From NCBI GenBank assembly GCA_016219965.1, contig JACRJM010000007.1:372294-436293 (forward strand): a stretch of DNA of 64,000 nucleotides, given 5' to 3'. A program made the position numbers and the translations under genes. The number at the start of each line of letters is the position of its first letter. Within the stretch, counting starts at the first letter, position 1. The notes beneath the pieces are model-generated. The model saw only the letters and a list, made by a program, of their open reading frames with translations, did not search any database and had not been told where the DNA came from. The stretch comes from Candidatus Schekmanbacteria bacterium (GTDB taxonomy: Bacteria > Schekmanbacteria > GWA2-38-11 > J061). Below are positions 48,015 to 60,630 of the stretch, one piece after another.

Positions 48015-48737
48015 TTACCCCTTGACTAATGTCCCTACACTCTCGCCTTTTATTATCCGCTTGAGGTTTCCGGGTTTGTTAAGGTTAAATACAACAATGC
48101 TTACGTCATTATCCATGCAAAGCGACACCGCTGTTGCATCCATTACAGCCAGTCTTTTCTCAAGCAGCTGGAGATATGAAAGGGTTTTGAACATCTTCGC
48201 TGATTTGTCTTTCATGGGATCGGAAGTATAAACTCCGTCCACCTTTGTTGCTTTTAGTATTATATCAGCCCTGATCTCAATGGCGCGCAGTGATGCGGCT
48301 GTGTCGGTGGTAAAAAAGGGATTTCCTGTGCCTGCTCCGAAGATGACAACTCTTTTTTTCTCAATATGCCTTATGGCGCGTCTTCGGATATAAGGCTCGG
48401 CAACATCCCTCATCTCTATGGCAGAAAGAACACGGGTAAAAACACCAACATTCTCAAGTGTGCTTTGAAGTGCAAGGGCATTTATTACTGTGGCAAGCAT
48501 CCCCATATAGTCAGCGGATGCACGGTCTTCCATTTCATGGGCTGATGCGCTGACTCCGCGGAAGATATTCCCTCCACCCACCACAATGGCAATCTCAACA
48601 CCAAGCTGATGGATGCCCTTTATCTCTAAGGCAATCTTCTTTATGCATTCAAGGTCAATACCATAACCTTTAGTGCCTGCAAGGATTTCCCCTGAAAGCT
48701 TTAGAAGTATTCTCTTATATTTTACCTTTTCAGGCAT
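48015..48737 (-). CDS. pyrH: UMP kinase
   Basis: [21 protein letters not shown] motifs. Confidence 0.95.
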   Translation of the reverse strand: MPEKVKYKRILLKLSGEILAGTKGYGIDLECIKKIALEIKGIHQLGVEIAIVVGGGNIFRGVSASAHEMEDRASADYMGMLATVINALALQSTLENVGVFTRVLSAIEMRDVAEPYIRRRAIRHIEKKRVVIFGAGTGNPFFTTDTAASLRAIEIRADIILKATKVDGVYTSDPMKDKSAKMFKTLSYLQLLEKRLAVMDATAVSLCMDNDVSIVVFNLNKPGNLKRIIKGESVGTLVKG

Positions 48738-48776
48738 AAAAAATTATGATGGGGTTACCCTAATGAATCTTAATCT

Positions 48777-49376
48777 TCAGCTCTCTTCGCCAAGCTGAAA
48801 ACGAACAAAACGTTTAACAGAAATATTTTCGCCTGTCTTGGCAATGATGCCGTCAATAATATCCTTAACGCTCTTTTCAGAATCTTTTATGAAAATCTGG
48901 TCAATAAGACAAACCGATTCATAATATTTTTCCAGTTTCCCGTCGGCAATCTTATCCAGTATTTTTTCCGGTTTCCCAGACTCTTTAGCCTGTTCAATGT
49001 AAATCCGTTTCTCCTTTGCCAGCTCTTCAGCGGGAACATCATCTCTTTTTACATACTTTGGTGTAGCAGCAGCGATCTGCATGGCAAGGTCCTTCACAAG
49101 TTCCTGAAACGCCTCGGTTCTGGCAACAAAATCAGTTTCGCAATTCACCTCTATGAGTACGCCTATTTTACCGCCTGCATGTATATATGAGCCGACAAGT
49201 CCGTTGGAAGTTGCCCTTGCAGACCTTTTCTGAGCTGAAGCAAGACCTTTCTTCCTCAGAAACTCGATTGCTTTTTCAAAATCTCCGCCGCTGTTCTCAA
49301 GGGCATCTTTGCAATCAAGCATACCGGCGCCTGTTTTCTCTCTTAGTTCCTTAACTGTGCTTGCTGATACTGCCAT
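48777..49376 (-). CDS. tsf: Elongation factor Ts (short form)
   Basis: N-terminal VKELREKTGAGMLDCKDAL UBA-like motif. Confidence 0.9.
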   Translation of the reverse strand: MAVSASTVKELREKTGAGMLDCKDALENSGGDFEKAIEFLRKKGLASAQKRSARATSNGLVGSYIHAGGKIGVLIEVNCETDFVARTEAFQELVKDLAMQIAAATPKYVKRDDVPAEELAKEKRIYIEQAKESGKPEKILDKIADGKLEKYYESVCLIDQIFIKDSEKSVKDIIDGIIAKTGENISVKRFVRFQLGEES

Positions 49377-49508
49377 CTTTATCTCCTGATCACATTTATC
49401 TGAAAATTGTTAATTGAAATCTTAACTGTCGTTAGAGTATTCCTGAAGAAATTCAGGATGTCCTGGCGGTTACATTTTCATAAAAGCAGAGCTGATACAA
49501 TACACTCT

Positions 49509-50318
49509 TTATTCAAAATCGCCCACACCTTTTAGCTTTTCTGTCTCCTCAATCTCATCAGTAATTTCATCTGCAATACTGTCCGCCTGCACAGCATCAG
49601 CTTCCTTTTTTTCCTCTTCGAAGGTTCTTTCAGTGATAAAAGTTCTTCCCTCAAGGACAGCATCAGCCATTTTCGATGAAATAAGTTTTATTGACCTTAT
49701 GGCATCATCGTTACCGGGGATTATGTAATCAATGAGATCAGGATCGCAGTTAGTATCAACAAGGCCTACAATCGGTATCCCCATTGTTTTGGCTTCATTG
49801 ACCGCTATTCTTTCTTTCCTCGGATCTATAACGAACAGAACATCAGGGAGCCTATCCAGAGTTTTTATACCGCCGAAGTAGCGTTCAAGCTTGATACGTT
49901 CCCTCTCAAGCTTTATCGCATCTTTTTTCGACATTGCTTCATAAATGCCCGCTGATTTCATTTCTTCTATTTCATTAAGTTTTTTTGTACTTTTCGATAT
50001 GGTCTGGAAGTTTGTGATTGTACCGCCAAGCCATCTTTCCGTTACAAATGAACAGCCGGCCCTTTCAGCTTCTTCCCTTATAATAAGGGATGCCTGCTTC
50101 TTAGTGCCGACGAAAAGGACATTACCGCCTGTTGCAACAGTATCTCTCACGAATTTAAAAGCTTCTTTAAAAAGCCTTAAAGTCTTCTGGAGATCTATAA
50201 TGTAAATATCATGCTTTGCACCGAAAATGTATTTCTTCATCTTCGGGTTCCATTTTTTTGTCTGGTGTCCGAAATGCACACCGCTTTCAAGAAGGGCTTT
50301 CATAGAGATTGTACTCAA
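49509..50318 (-). CDS. rpsB: 30S ribosomal protein S2
   Basis: [19 protein letters not shown] start; acidic C-terminal tail. Confidence 0.95.
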   Translation of the reverse strand: MSTISMKALLESGVHFGHQTKKWNPKMKKYIFGAKHDIYIIDLQKTLRLFKEAFKFVRDTVATGGNVLFVGTKKQASLIIREEAERAGCSFVTERWLGGTITNFQTISKSTKKLNEIEEMKSAGIYEAMSKKDAIKLERERIKLERYFGGIKTLDRLPDVLFVIDPRKERIAVNEAKTMGIPIVGLVDTNCDPDLIDYIIPGNDDAIRSIKLISSKMADAVLEGRTFITERTFEEEKKEADAVQADSIADEITDEIEETEKLKGVGDFE

Positions 50319-50444
50319 AAACTGACTCCTTTCTTTATAGTCTAGTTAAAAGGTTGCTTTTCTGCTAACTAATCTAAGTTAAAGTTTTAATCCTGTATCC
50401 CTACCACAACGATATTTTTTTGCAAGTAAAAATAGAGCCTTTAC

Positions 50445-50903
50445 TCAGTATGCTCCGTTAAAATAGTCTTCCAGTATTTTCCCATGGTCAAAAACTATCG
50501 GACTCGGAAGGGTGTTAGAGCTAAAGAGACATGCCTCCTTGGCATCGCTGTCGGCCTTGAGTTTTCCCCCCATTGCCCTGGCTATGAAAACAGTAGATAT
50601 GTTGTGCTGTCTTTCATCCCGCAATGGGTCTGAATACGTATGGAACTGCCTTATAAGTTCAACATCAAGAGATGTCTCTTCTTTGGCCTCCCTTACAGCA
50701 CATGCCTCAAGGGATTCCCCATAGTCGAGATAACCTCCGGGGATTGCCCATCCTACAGGAGGGTTTTTGCGCTTAATAAGCACAATCTTCTTTTCCCCTC
50801 CCGCGCCAGCCACCTCTATTATGATGTCAACCGTCGGTACGGGATTTTTAAAAAGCTCTACTTTCCCGCCACAATCCGGACAGCATATCCACTTCTCTGT
50901 CAA
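50445..50903 (-). CDS. NUDIX hydrolase with N-terminal zinc ribbon
   Basis: CPDCGG zinc ribbon; Nudix box [24 protein letters not shown]. Confidence 0.8.
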   Translation of the reverse strand: MTEKWICCPDCGGKVELFKNPVPTVDIIIEVAGAGGEKKIVLIKRKNPPVGWAIPGGYLDYGESLEACAVREAKEETSLDVELIRQFHTYSDPLRDERQHNISTVFIARAMGGKLKADSDAKEACLFSSNTLPSPIVFDHGKILEDYFNGAY

Positions 50904-50905
50904 TT

Positions 50906-53749
50906 CTATTTCTTCTCTTTAAGCGTTGCCTGTGCAGCAGCAAGCCTTGCGATAGGCACCCTGAAAGGCGAACAGCTTACATAGTCAAGCCCTATCTTGT
51001 TGAAAAACTCTATTGAATCAGGGTCTCCTCCATGTTCACCGCATATGCCTATCTTTAATGTATGCTTTGTGGAACGCCCTTTTTCTACCCCTATGCGGAC
51101 AAGTTCTCCCACACCGCGCTGGTCTATTGTAGCAAAGGGATCCTTATCCATGATCCCTGCTTCCATATAGTATTTTAGGAATTTCCCTGAATCATCGCGT
51201 GAAAAGCCGAGAGTTGTCTGGGTCATGTCATTGGTTCCGAAGGAGAAGAATTGCGCCTCTTTAGCAATCTCATCAGCCGTAATAGCCCCGCGGGGAAGCT
51301 CTATCATTGTCCCTACAAGATATTCGATCTTGACCTTCTTCTCTTTCATTACCTTTTCCGCTTCATCAACAACTATCTGTTTCTGGGCTTTAAGCTCTGA
51401 AACATTGCCAACGAGCGGTATCATTATCTCAGGGACTACATTTATCTTCTCCTTTGCAAGTTCACAGGCTGCAAGAAATATTGCCCGTGCCTGCATCCTT
51501 GTGATCTCAGGATATGTTATGCCAAGCCTGCATCCCCTATGCCCCAGCATCGGATTGAACTCATGGAGTTCTTCGACTCTCTCAAGGAGAGACTCTTTTT
51601 CTTCTATCTTTGACTTGTTCTTCTTTTCTCCAAGAGCCTTTAAAGTTGCAACCTCAACCATGAGCTCTTCGCGCTTGGGAAGGAATTCATGGAGCGGCGG
51701 ATCAAGGGTCCTGATAGTCACAGGCATCCCCTTCATTTCTTTGAATATCCCGTAGAAATCCCCTTTCTGCATGGGGAGGAGTTTTGCAAGTGATTCCATA
51801 TAATCCTTTATTGAGGAACGGTATTCTGTCTCAACTTCCTTGATATTGTTCTTTATCTCTTTTGCTTTTTCATTGTTTGATTTTTCAAGCTCTTTTTTAA
51901 GTTCCTCTAATATATCAATCCCTCTTTGTCCTTTTGCAGCTGAAAGTATCATCTTTACAACGATAGGTATCCTTTTCTCTTCGAAGAACATATGCTCTGT
52001 CCTGCAAAGTCCGATTCCCTTTGCGCCGAATGCCCTTGCCACCATCGCATCAGTCGGGGTATCTGCGTTTGCCCTTACATTCATCCTCTTTACTTCATCT
52101 GCCCATGTGAGGAGTTTGTCAAAGTAACCGTATATCTTGCTTTTTTTGGCATTCAATTTTCCGGTTACAACCCTGATAATCTCAGATGGTATGGTAGGCA
52201 TATTTTCAAGGAACACTTCGCCTGTCGTACCTTCTATTGAGATAAAATCTCCCCTTTTCTTATGCATTCCGCCAATGGTGAGCTTTCCGGCTTTAATATC
52301 TATCTGAAGCCCGCCGCATCCGACAACACTGGGCTTTCCCATCTGTCTGCCGACAACAGCCGCATGTGAGGTCATTCCTCCGGTTGCAGTCAATACGCCC
52401 TCTGAAACATGCATTCCATGAATGTCATCAGGAACTGTTTCCATCCTGACAAGGACGATTCTTTTCCCTTTCTTTGCCCATTCAACAGCCTCTTCAGCGG
52501 TGAAAACTATATGGCCGGCGGCAGCACCCGGAGATGCCGGAAGACCCTTGCCTACAGCTTTTGCCCTGGCTCGTTTTACAGGATCAAAAACAGGGTGAAG
52601 AAGCTGTTCAATGGCTGAAGGATGAATCCTTCCCACAGCTTCCTCTTTTGTTATAAGTCCTTCTTCAACCATATCAACTGCAATCTTTACCGCCGCAAGA
52701 CCAGTCCTTTTCCCGCTGCGTGTCTGAAGCATGTAGAGTTGTTTATCCTGTATGGTAAACTCAAAATCCTGAATATCCCTGTAATGTTTCTCAAGCCTTG
52801 AAGTTATCTCCCTGAGCTCGCCAAATGCCTGAGGCATTACTTTTTTCAGTTTCTCGATAGGCTGGGGGGTTCTGATTCCTGCCACGACATCTTCTCCCTG
52901 TGCATTGACAAGGAATTCCCCGTAAAATTCTTTCTCACCTGATGCAGGGTTCCTTGTAAAACCAACGCCGGTCGCAGATGTGTTCCCGAGGTTTCCGAAT
53001 ACCATTGCCTGCACATTGACAGCAGTACCGAGGTCTTCAGATATGTTATTAAGCTTCCTGTAGGTCTTTGCCCTTGGGTTGTGCCATGATTTGAAAACCG
53101 CTTCAATCGCCATTGAAAGCTGTACCTTGCAGTTTTGAGGAAAGATAATTCCTGCAACCCGTTTTATCTCTTTCTTGTAATCCTTTACGATTTCCTCAAG
53201 GTCAGAAGCCGTAAGATCAACATCAAGTTTTATTTTTTTTGCATTCTTCTTTCTCATGAGTATATGTTCAAAGACATCCTTATCTATTCCAAGAACCACG
53301 TTCCCGAACATCTGGATGAATCGTCTGTAGCTGTCATAGGAAAAACGTTTGTTGCCTGTCCTGGAAACAATGCCGTCAACAGTCTTATCATTTAACCCGA
53401 GGTTCAGTATTGTATCCATCATACCAGGCATGGAAAACTTGGCGCCTGAACGAACTGAAAGCAGCAAAGGAGATTTTTCATCCCCAAGTGTAGAGCCAAG
53501 CGAATCTTCGAGCTTTTTCAATGCCTCGTCAATCTCCCACCTTATCCTCTGGCTGAGCGTCTGGTTGCTCTCGTAGTAGCTTTTACAGACCTCAGTCGTT
53601 ATTGTAAAACCTGGCGGAACAGGTATTTTTGCATTTGTCATCTCTGCGAGCCCCGCACCTTTTCCACCGAGCAGGTCCTTCATTCCGCCAGTACCCTCGG
53701 CCTCTCCATTACCAAAAAAATAAACATATTTTCCCATGCTCTCCTCCAA
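50906..53749 (-). CDS. ppdK: Pyruvate, phosphate dikinase
   Basis: 947 aa; ATP-grasp N-terminus; phosphohistidine motif [12 protein letters not shown]; C-terminal PEP-utilising TIM barrel. Confidence 0.95.
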   Translation of the reverse strand: MEESMGKYVYFFGNGEAEGTGGMKDLLGGKGAGLAEMTNAKIPVPPGFTITTEVCKSYYESNQTLSQRIRWEIDEALKKLEDSLGSTLGDEKSPLLLSVRSGAKFSMPGMMDTILNLGLNDKTVDGIVSRTGNKRFSYDSYRRFIQMFGNVVLGIDKDVFEHILMRKKNAKKIKLDVDLTASDLEEIVKDYKKEIKRVAGIIFPQNCKVQLSMAIEAVFKSWHNPRAKTYRKLNNISEDLGTAVNVQAMVFGNLGNTSATGVGFTRNPASGEKEFYGEFLVNAQGEDVVAGIRTPQPIEKLKKVMPQAFGELREITSRLEKHYRDIQDFEFTIQDKQLYMLQTRSGKRTGLAAVKIAVDMVEEGLITKEEAVGRIHPSAIEQLLHPVFDPVKRARAKAVGKGLPASPGAAAGHIVFTAEEAVEWAKKGKRIVLVRMETVPDDIHGMHVSEGVLTATGGMTSHAAVVGRQMGKPSVVGCGGLQIDIKAGKLTIGGMHKKRGDFISIEGTTGEVFLENMPTIPSEIIRVVTGKLNAKKSKIYGYFDKLLTWADEVKRMNVRANADTPTDAMVARAFGAKGIGLCRTEHMFFEEKRIPIVVKMILSAAKGQRGIDILEELKKELEKSNNEKAKEIKNNIKEVETEYRSSIKDYMESLAKLLPMQKGDFYGIFKEMKGMPVTIRTLDPPLHEFLPKREELMVEVATLKALGEKKNKSKIEEKESLLERVEELHEFNPMLGHRGCRLGITYPEITRMQARAIFLAACELAKEKINVVPEIMIPLVGNVSELKAQKQIVVDEAEKVMKEKKVKIEYLVGTMIELPRGAITADEIAKEAQFFSFGTNDMTQTTLGFSRDDSGKFLKYYMEAGIMDKDPFATIDQRGVGELVRIGVEKGRSTKHTLKIGICGEHGGDPDSIEFFNKIGLDYVSCSPFRVPIARLAAAQATLKEKK

Positions 53750-53753
53750 AAAT

Positions 53754-55859
53754 TTAATTATTCTTACCAGGAGAAATCTGCCTGAAATCAGCTATATCTG
53801 AAAAAAGCCTGACAATACGCCGCAAGATATTGAGGCGGTTGTTCTTTAACGCCTCATCTTCGGCCATGACAAGCACCTCATCAAAGAACCTGTCAATATC
53901 TTCTTTAATACTGCACACTATCTTAAGTGCTCCGTAATAGTCAAACACAGCAAGTGCTGTGCGGCTTTTATTTTCCACCCTCTCTACTGACGCGAAAAGA
54001 ATTTTCTCACCTTCGTCCGTTAACAGTTGAGCCTTTACAGAACCCTCTCCGCAATCCCCCTGAGGTATAATTCTCATGGCTCTTTTAAAGGCAATTGAAA
54101 GAGACTCAAACCAGGGTTCAATCCGAAGTCTTTCAAGCGCTTCAACTCGTTGCGTAGCATCGTTAATATCATCGAATCTCGCGGCAATCACGGAATTTAC
54201 TATATCAGACCGGTAATTTTTAGAATCAAGGATATTCTGGTATCTTGTCATGAAGAAGCTTTTCATCTGAGCTGCTGCCTCTTTCTTTTTCCCGTCATCA
54301 ATGCCATAAAAACTGAGTCCTGCATCGATCAATTCATTGATATCCACAGAAAAGCCTTTTTCTGCGATTATATTGATTATGCCGATGGCAGCACGCCTTA
54401 ATCCGAATGGGTCCTCTGAACCGGTGGGTATAAGTCCAATCGAAAAACATCCTGAAATGGTGTCTATCCTGTCTGCAATTGCAAGAACTGCTGACTCTGG
54501 AAAACCGGGGAGACTGTCAGTTGAAAAACGGGGAAGGTAATGTTCAAACACTGCATCGGAAACTTTCCGCACCTCTCCCTGCCGGAAAAAGTATTCCCGT
54601 CCCATAATTCCCTGAAGCTCAGGAAACTCTTTTACCATATCAGTTAAGAGGTCGTTTTTGCATAATAAAGCCGCTCTTTCGCAAACTGATGAATCAAAAT
54701 TCTGAGAAAGATTTTTTATTATACCAGATGAAAGCTTTCCTGCAATTCCTTTAATGCGATGCACTTTATCATAGATGCTGCCGAGCTTTTCAAGGAATAC
54801 AACCCGCTTTAATTCATCAATCCGTTCTGCAAGAGGTACTTTTAAATCTTCCTCGAAAAAGAACATTGCGTCTGCCAATCTAGCACGAAGCACCCGTTCA
54901 TTGCCATTTTTAATATTCCCGGAAACATCCTTGTCCCTATCATAGGTTGCGGCAAAGGCATTGAGAAGGCGTCCTTCTCCATCTTTTCCGGTTCCTTTAA
55001 CTGCAAAATACATCTGCTGTTTCTGCATGGGGCACAAAAGGACTTCGTCAGGGAGAGCAAGATATTTTTCAGGAAAATGACCTGCAATGACGCCCGGGTA
55101 TTCAGCCATATAGGTTAAAAGATTTAGAAGGTCTTCATTCTCAACAAGTGTCCCCCCTGCTTTTATCGCAGCATTGTGGAGATTCTTATTAAGGATTTCT
55201 TTACGTTTATCCTGATTCAGCATCACTCCTGCTTTTTCAAGTTTTTCAGCATAATCTGCAAAGCTTGAGAATTCTATTTTCTCCGGTGCAATGAACCTAT
55301 GTCCATACGTGGCATTGGAACTTACAATATCTTCTATGCTGAAGGAGAGAACATTCCCGTCGAATATGGCTGCTATCCATTTTAAGGGACGGACAAACCT
55401 GAAATCACCATCACCCCATCTCATTGTCTTGGAAAAGCTGATACCGCAGATTATGTTCTTTGCAATTTGAGGAAGAAGCTCTGATGTTGGGCTTCCCTTA
55501 TAGAATTTTCTTGCACAGAGGACTTTTCCCTTGGGACTGTCTATGATTAACAGATCTTTAACATCAACCCCCTGTTTCTTTGCAAAACCATGAGCCGCCT
55601 TTGTTGGGTTCCCTTTATCGTCAAAGGCTATGCTTGCAGGCGGACCTGAAATCTCCTCTTCACGGTCTTTCTGGGTTTGCACTAAATCCGAGACATGAAG
55701 AGTGAATCTTCTGTGAGTTCCGAATGTATCAACCTTACCAAACTCTATGCCGGCTGCATTTAACTCTTTTTCTGCAAGAGATTTTATCTGCAAAAGCGCA
55801 TCAGGCATAAAGCGCGCAGGGATGTCTTCAGCCCCTATCTCTAAAATGAATTCAGCCAA
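53754..55859 (-). CDS. glyS: Glycine--tRNA ligase beta subunit
   Basis: 701 aa, typical GlyS; overlaps the glyQ stop. Confidence 0.95.
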   Translation of the reverse strand: MAEFILEIGAEDIPARFMPDALLQIKSLAEKELNAAGIEFGKVDTFGTHRRFTLHVSDLVQTQKDREEEISGPPASIAFDDKGNPTKAAHGFAKKQGVDVKDLLIIDSPKGKVLCARKFYKGSPTSELLPQIAKNIICGISFSKTMRWGDGDFRFVRPLKWIAAIFDGNVLSFSIEDIVSSNATYGHRFIAPEKIEFSSFADYAEKLEKAGVMLNQDKRKEILNKNLHNAAIKAGGTLVENEDLLNLLTYMAEYPGVIAGHFPEKYLALPDEVLLCPMQKQQMYFAVKGTGKDGEGRLLNAFAATYDRDKDVSGNIKNGNERVLRARLADAMFFFEEDLKVPLAERIDELKRVVFLEKLGSIYDKVHRIKGIAGKLSSGIIKNLSQNFDSSVCERAALLCKNDLLTDMVKEFPELQGIMGREYFFRQGEVRKVSDAVFEHYLPRFSTDSLPGFPESAVLAIADRIDTISGCFSIGLIPTGSEDPFGLRRAAIGIINIIAEKGFSVDINELIDAGLSFYGIDDGKKKEAAAQMKSFFMTRYQNILDSKNYRSDIVNSVIAARFDDINDATQRVEALERLRIEPWFESLSIAFKRAMRIIPQGDCGEGSVKAQLLTDEGEKILFASVERVENKSRTALAVFDYYGALKIVCSIKEDIDRFFDEVLVMAEDEALKNNRLNILRRIVRLFSDIADFRQISPGKNN

Positions 55860-56730
55860 TTTTCTTCCTCAGCAACGGGAATCCTTTTGTTTCTCTTCCT
55901 TTAACATACCCTTCAGCGCACTTCCTTGCTATTCCCCGAACTCTTGCAATGTAACCTACCCGCTCGGAAACGCTTATGGCTCCGCGCGCATCAAGTAGGT
56001 TAAAGACGTGTGAAGTTTTTAGACAATAATCATAGGCAGGAAGAACCAACCCCTTTTCAGTGAGACGAAGTGCTTCTTTTTCGTACATGTCAAAGAGAGA
56101 AAAAAGCATGTTGACATCAGCTTCTTCAAAATTATAGGTGGAAAATTCCACTTCCGAGGCAGAATGGATATCTCCATACTTAATGCCATGTGCCCATTCT
56201 ATGTCGTAAACGCTTTCAACTCCTTGTAAATATGTAGCAATTCTTTCTACGCCATAGGTTATCTCGACAGAGACCGGATTAAGATCTATCCCACCAACCT
56301 GCTGAAAATATGTAAATTGAGTTATTTCCATCCCATCAAGCCAGACTTCCCATCCTAATCCCCATGCTCCAAGTGTAGGAGACTCCCAATCATCCTCAAT
56401 AAAGCGTATATCGTGGGATGAGATATCAATTCCAAAGGATTTTAAGCTCTCAAGATATATGTTCTGGATATCAGAAGGGGATGGCTTCATAATAACCTGA
56501 AATTGATAATAGTGCTGAAGGCGGTTGGGATTCTCGCCGTAGCGTCCATCAGTTGGTCTCCGGGATGGCTCAACATAGGCAACATTCCATGGCTCCGGAC
56601 CCAGGACTCGCAAAAATGTGGCTGGGTTGAATGTACCGGCGCCCACTTCAATGTCATAGGGCTGCTGGATAATACATCCTTGTTTTGCCCAGAAATGCTG
56701 AAGGTTAAGTATTAATTCCTGAAAAGTCAT
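55852..56730 (-). CDS. glyQ: Glycine--tRNA ligase alpha subunit
   Basis: [19 protein letters not shown].. Confidence 0.95.
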   Translation of the reverse strand: MTFQELILNLQHFWAKQGCIIQQPYDIEVGAGTFNPATFLRVLGPEPWNVAYVEPSRRPTDGRYGENPNRLQHYYQFQVIMKPSPSDIQNIYLESLKSFGIDISSHDIRFIEDDWESPTLGAWGLGWEVWLDGMEITQFTYFQQVGGIDLNPVSVEITYGVERIATYLQGVESVYDIEWAHGIKYGDIHSASEVEFSTYNFEEADVNMLFSLFDMYEKEALRLTEKGLVLPAYDYCLKTSHVFNLLDARGAISVSERVGYIARVRGIARKCAEGYVKGRETKGFPLLRKKIG

Positions 56731-56734
56731 TTTA

Positions 56735-57451
56735 TCAAACTGTCCCTGCTTTTACATCTATCTGCGTAAGCTTCCCATGCTCAAGCCGCAATACCCTGTC
56801 AGACTTACTTGCAATATCAAAGTTATGCGTTGCAATTACAAAGCTTTCGTTCTTGCTTTTATTAAGATTCCGCAAAAGTTCAAATACCTCATCCCCGGTC
56901 TCTCTGTCAAGGTTTCCGGTAGGCTCATCGGCAAGGACTATCTTCGGACTCATTGCCAGGGCCCTTGCTAATGCAACCCTTTGCTGCTCACCTCCGGAAA
57001 GCTCTGAAGGACGATGCTCAACCCTTTCGCCAAGCCCCACTTCTGAAAGGAGGTTAACCGCCAACTCCCTTGCCTCCTTCATGCTTTTCCCGTTGATCAA
57101 TTGCGGTATCATTACATTCTCAAGGCTTGAAAATTCCATAAGAAGGTGGTGGAACTGGAACACAAATCCAATGTTTACGTTCCTGAATCTTGCCCTCTCC
57201 TCTTCCTTGAACTTCCAGATGTCTTCAGAGCCGTAAAAAATCTCCCCGCCATCAGGAGAGTCAAGCAAACCAAGCAAATGAAGCAGTGTACTCTTACCAG
57301 TACCCGATGCACCGACGATGCTCACAAGCTCACCCTGTTTCAGGGAAAAGCTGAGACCCTTTAAGACCTCTATCTTTGCATCTCCCATCTGGTAGGATTT
57401 GCTGAGGTCTTTAGCTTCTAAAATAATATTATTAGACAATTCGCACTTCAT
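56735..57451 (-). CDS. lolD: Lipoprotein-releasing system ATP-binding protein
   Basis: Walker [10 protein letters not shown]; ABC signature [14 protein letters not shown]; Walker [12 protein letters not shown]. Confidence 0.85.
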   Translation of the reverse strand: MKCELSNNIILEAKDLSKSYQMGDAKIEVLKGLSFSLKQGELVSIVGASGTGKSTLLHLLGLLDSPDGGEIFYGSEDIWKFKEEERARFRNVNIGFVFQFHHLLMEFSSLENVMIPQLINGKSMKEARELAVNLLSEVGLGERVEHRPSELSGGEQQRVALARALAMSPKIVLADEPTGNLDRETGDEVFELLRNLNKSKNESFVIATHNFDIASKSDRVLRLEHGKLTQIDVKAGTV

Positions 57452-58001
57452 TTGTTGATTACCTTACGACACGGCAAACAGGGCATTATATAAAAAAGTT
57501 CCGGTCATACTTTTAAGCTTCAAGCCTTACCGAAACAAATGCTTTCAACGAAAATAACAAAATAAAACAGGTATGTAAAAAGCCAAATAATTGTGCGAGT
57601 TATATAGGTCGGGGATTAAAAGTCAAGGAAAAATGGCAGCGGATAAAACCGGTACTTATGATATTTTGAAGAAAGAAAACAAGTAGAAAAAAACATAACA
57701 AGCTAAATAAAACCGTCGAATATTTGAACACTTTAAGTCGTTTAAAATCAATATGTTCTAAAAACTCACTAAAAAGTGTGCAGTTTAGTGAACAGTTTAG
57801 TAGGAGTTTATATTAACCTATCCAAGCTATACGACACATTTAAACCTAATATTTTCAAGCAAATCAGTATGTTATTATCTTCGAGTTACCTTCTGGCACA
57901 TTCTTTGCTTATTTTATATAGAATATTTTTTAAGTTTACTATTTAAGTCTTGTATATAGCCTGTAAAATTTTTTTCCACTTCAGAATAAGGGGGTATTGT
58001 G

Positions 58002-60512
58002 ATGAGGCGTAAATCAATTCTATTCATTATTGTTTTCTCAATTCTGTTAATTCCTCTTCTTGCTTTTGCAAACACATCACCTGATACATCAAAAGTTTTA
58101 GCCAAGGCCGCAAAGCTTCAGATACCTTTCATAGAGAACAAGGGACAGGTTCAGGACAAGTCTGTAAGATTTTATGCAAACACCTTCGCAGGCAATGTGT
58201 TTGTTACGGATAAAGGAGAGATAGTTTACGGGCTGGCAAACGGAGAAAGCTTTACTCCCCTTCGCGAAACTCTCCTTGGTACAATACCGTCAACTATAAA
58301 AGGCGAGAGCAAATCAGCAACACAGGTAAATTACTTCGTTGGCAATAAAGAAAACTGGAAGTCAAACATCTCCACATGGGACAGCGTAAATCTCGGCGAA
58401 GTCTATGAAGGTGTAGAGCTAAAGCTCAAAGCATATGGGAAAAATGTTGAAAAGCTTTTCTATGTAAATGAATGCGGAGATGTTGATGATATTAAACTAA
58501 CATTCGACGGCGCAGAAGATATTTCAGTTAACAAAGATGGCGAGCTTGAAATTGAAACAGCTCTCGGCACAGTGAAATTTACAAAGCCCTTCGCCTATCA
58601 GGAAATTGATGGAAAAAAGGTTGAAGTGAAATGCGACTTCGTAACTAATTCTTTCTCCTATGGCTTCCAGGTCACCTCATACAACAAAAACTATCCTCTG
58701 GTTATTGACCCATCTATTGTTTATTCAACATATCTTGGCGGAAGTAGTTTTGATTATGGTTACGGCATTGACGCTGACTGTTCAGGAAATGTTTATGTCA
58801 TAGGTGGCACCGAATCGACTGATTTTATAATTTCTTCTCCATATCAAGGGGATAGTGGTGGTTCTGCAGACATCTTTGTTACAAAAATAAATTCATCTGG
58901 TTCTGTTATCTACTCTACTTATATTGGTGGGAATGGGTATGACAGAGGTTACGATATTGCAGTTGACTGCTCAGGGAATGCTTACATCACTGGCTTTACA
59001 GAGTCTAGTAATTTCCCTACAGTTTCACCGATTCGTGCTACTAATGGTGGAGGTATGGATGTTTTTATTACAAAAATCAATCCCTCAGGCTCAAGCCTGA
59101 TATATTCAACTTATTTAGGAGGTAATTCCAGCGACGTTGGATTTGCTATCGCTGTTAACGCTTCCGGAAATGCATACATTACCGGAAGTACTTTATCATC
59201 AAACTTTCCAAAATATCATAATGTAATCCCAAATTCAAAGTATGGAACCACAGATGCAAGTGACGCTTTTATTGTAAAAATAAATTTATCCGGTACGGGT
59301 CTATTGTATTCCATGCTTCTTGGAGGAAATAATGATGATGAAGCAAAGGGCATCGCTGTTGACGGCAATGGAAACATCTATGTAGCTGGGAACACAAATT
59401 CGTCTGATTTCCCTACTGTTCTTCCTATTCAAGCTACAAAAGCAGGAACTGGCACTACAAGTGATGCTTTTGTCACAAAGATAAATGCCGCTGGAACAGC
59501 AATTTTATATTCTACCTACATTGGAGGTAGTAATATAGATTATGCTAATGGAGCTGACGTAGATAGTGCTGGTAATGTTTATATTACTGGGGCAACTAAA
59601 TCCAATAATTTCCCTACAGTCTTACCAATTAAAGGGTATGGCGGTGGGTATGATGCTTTTGTTACAAAGATTAATGAATCTGGTTCAGCTATTGTTTATT
59701 CTACTTACCTTGGAAGTGGTTATGGAGATTTTGGTAACGGCATCGCTGTTGATAATTCTGGGAATGCTTATGTTGCTGGCAATACAGGTGGGAATTTCCC
59801 TCAAGTATTGCCTGTTCAAACTACAAATTTAGACGGAGGTGATGCTTTTATTACAAAAATAAATGCATCCGGAGATGCTTTTGTTTTTTCCACACGTTAT
59901 GGAGGACAAGAAAGTGATGATGCAAGAGCGATTGCCATTGATAGCAGTGGAAATATTTACATCACAGGAAACACGTCTTCTACTAATTTTCAAATAGCTG
60001 CTCCAATACAACGCGCATATAATGGAGTATGGGACGCTTTTGTTGCAAAGATTGGAGAAGCGTCGGATAGTGATTCGGATGGGATTGCAGATTCAGCAGA
60101 TAATTGTCCTACAGTTTCAAATTCCGACCAAGCTGATTATAATAATAATGGACAAGGTGATGCATGTGACCCGCCTCCAACGTTAATAACCCTTTCCTCT
60201 TTTGAAGCCAAACAATCTGGCAAAAAAGTCTTAATAACTTGGCAGACCGCCACAGAGATCGACAACCTCGGTTTCAACATCCTGCGCAGTGAGACTGCTG
60301 ATGGAGAATATGTTAAGATAAATAAAAAACTCATCAAAGCCAAAGGTAGTTCAACAAAAGGTGCGAGTTACAAGTTCAAAGATAAGAATATCGAGGCAGG
60401 AAAGACTTATTTCTACAAACTCGAAGATATTGACAGTAGCACAGGACCAAATCTGTCTGATGCGGTGAAAGTTGAAGTGACTGCGAGGAAGGGAAAAGAG
60501 AAGAAGAAATAA
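58002..60512 (+). CDS. Secreted SBBP-type beta-propeller repeat protein with thrombospondin-type-3-like Asp-rich segment and conserved C-terminal domain (paralog 1)
   Basis: Signal peptide MRRKSILFIIVFSILLIPLLAFA; about nine tandem units of pattern (V/I)YSTY(L/I)GG..D.G.GIA(V/I)D.SGN.Y(V/I)TG.T.S.NFP; DSDSDGIADSADNCPTVSNSDQADYNNNGQGDACD; C-terminal ~110 aa ending in Lys-rich tail; ATG at 58002 follows RBS AAGGGGG. Confidence 0.8.
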   Translation: MRRKSILFIIVFSILLIPLLAFANTSPDTSKVLAKAAKLQIPFIENKGQVQDKSVRFYANTFAGNVFVTDKGEIVYGLANGESFTPLRETLLGTIPSTIKGESKSATQVNYFVGNKENWKSNISTWDSVNLGEVYEGVELKLKAYGKNVEKLFYVNECGDVDDIKLTFDGAEDISVNKDGELEIETALGTVKFTKPFAYQEIDGKKVEVKCDFVTNSFSYGFQVTSYNKNYPLVIDPSIVYSTYLGGSSFDYGYGIDADCSGNVYVIGGTESTDFIISSPYQGDSGGSADIFVTKINSSGSVIYSTYIGGNGYDRGYDIAVDCSGNAYITGFTESSNFPTVSPIRATNGGGMDVFITKINPSGSSLIYSTYLGGNSSDVGFAIAVNASGNAYITGSTLSSNFPKYHNVIPNSKYGTTDASDAFIVKINLSGTGLLYSMLLGGNNDDEAKGIAVDGNGNIYVAGNTNSSDFPTVLPIQATKAGTGTTSDAFVTKINAAGTAILYSTYIGGSNIDYANGADVDSAGNVYITGATKSNNFPTVLPIKGYGGGYDAFVTKINESGSAIVYSTYLGSGYGDFGNGIAVDNSGNAYVAGNTGGNFPQVLPVQTTNLDGGDAFITKINASGDAFVFSTRYGGQESDDARAIAIDSSGNIYITGNTSSTNFQIAAPIQRAYNGVWDAFVAKIGEASDSDSDGIADSADNCPTVSNSDQADYNNNGQGDACDPPPTLITLSSFEAKQSGKKVLITWQTATEIDNLGFNILRSETADGEYVKINKKLIKAKGSSTKGASYKFKDKNIEAGKTYFYKLEDIDSSTGPNLSDAVKVEVTARKGKEKKK

Positions 60513-60522
60513 AAGATTCTGG

Positions 60523-60583
60523 ATCCCGCATCAAGTGCGGGATGACAAAAGTGACTGTGTTGGATGCCGGCTCAAGTCCGGCA
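60523..60583 (+). other. Tandem stem-loop pair between the large gene and the small peptide gene
   Basis: ATCCCGCA-TCAAG-TGCGGGAT and ATGCCGG-CTCAAGT-CCGGCAT, each followed by GACA; same pair recurs at 63282-63342. Confidence 0.6.
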
Positions 60584-60630
60584 TGACAGATTATTAAGGA
60601 ATGACAACAGGATTAATAGGAGAATATAAA

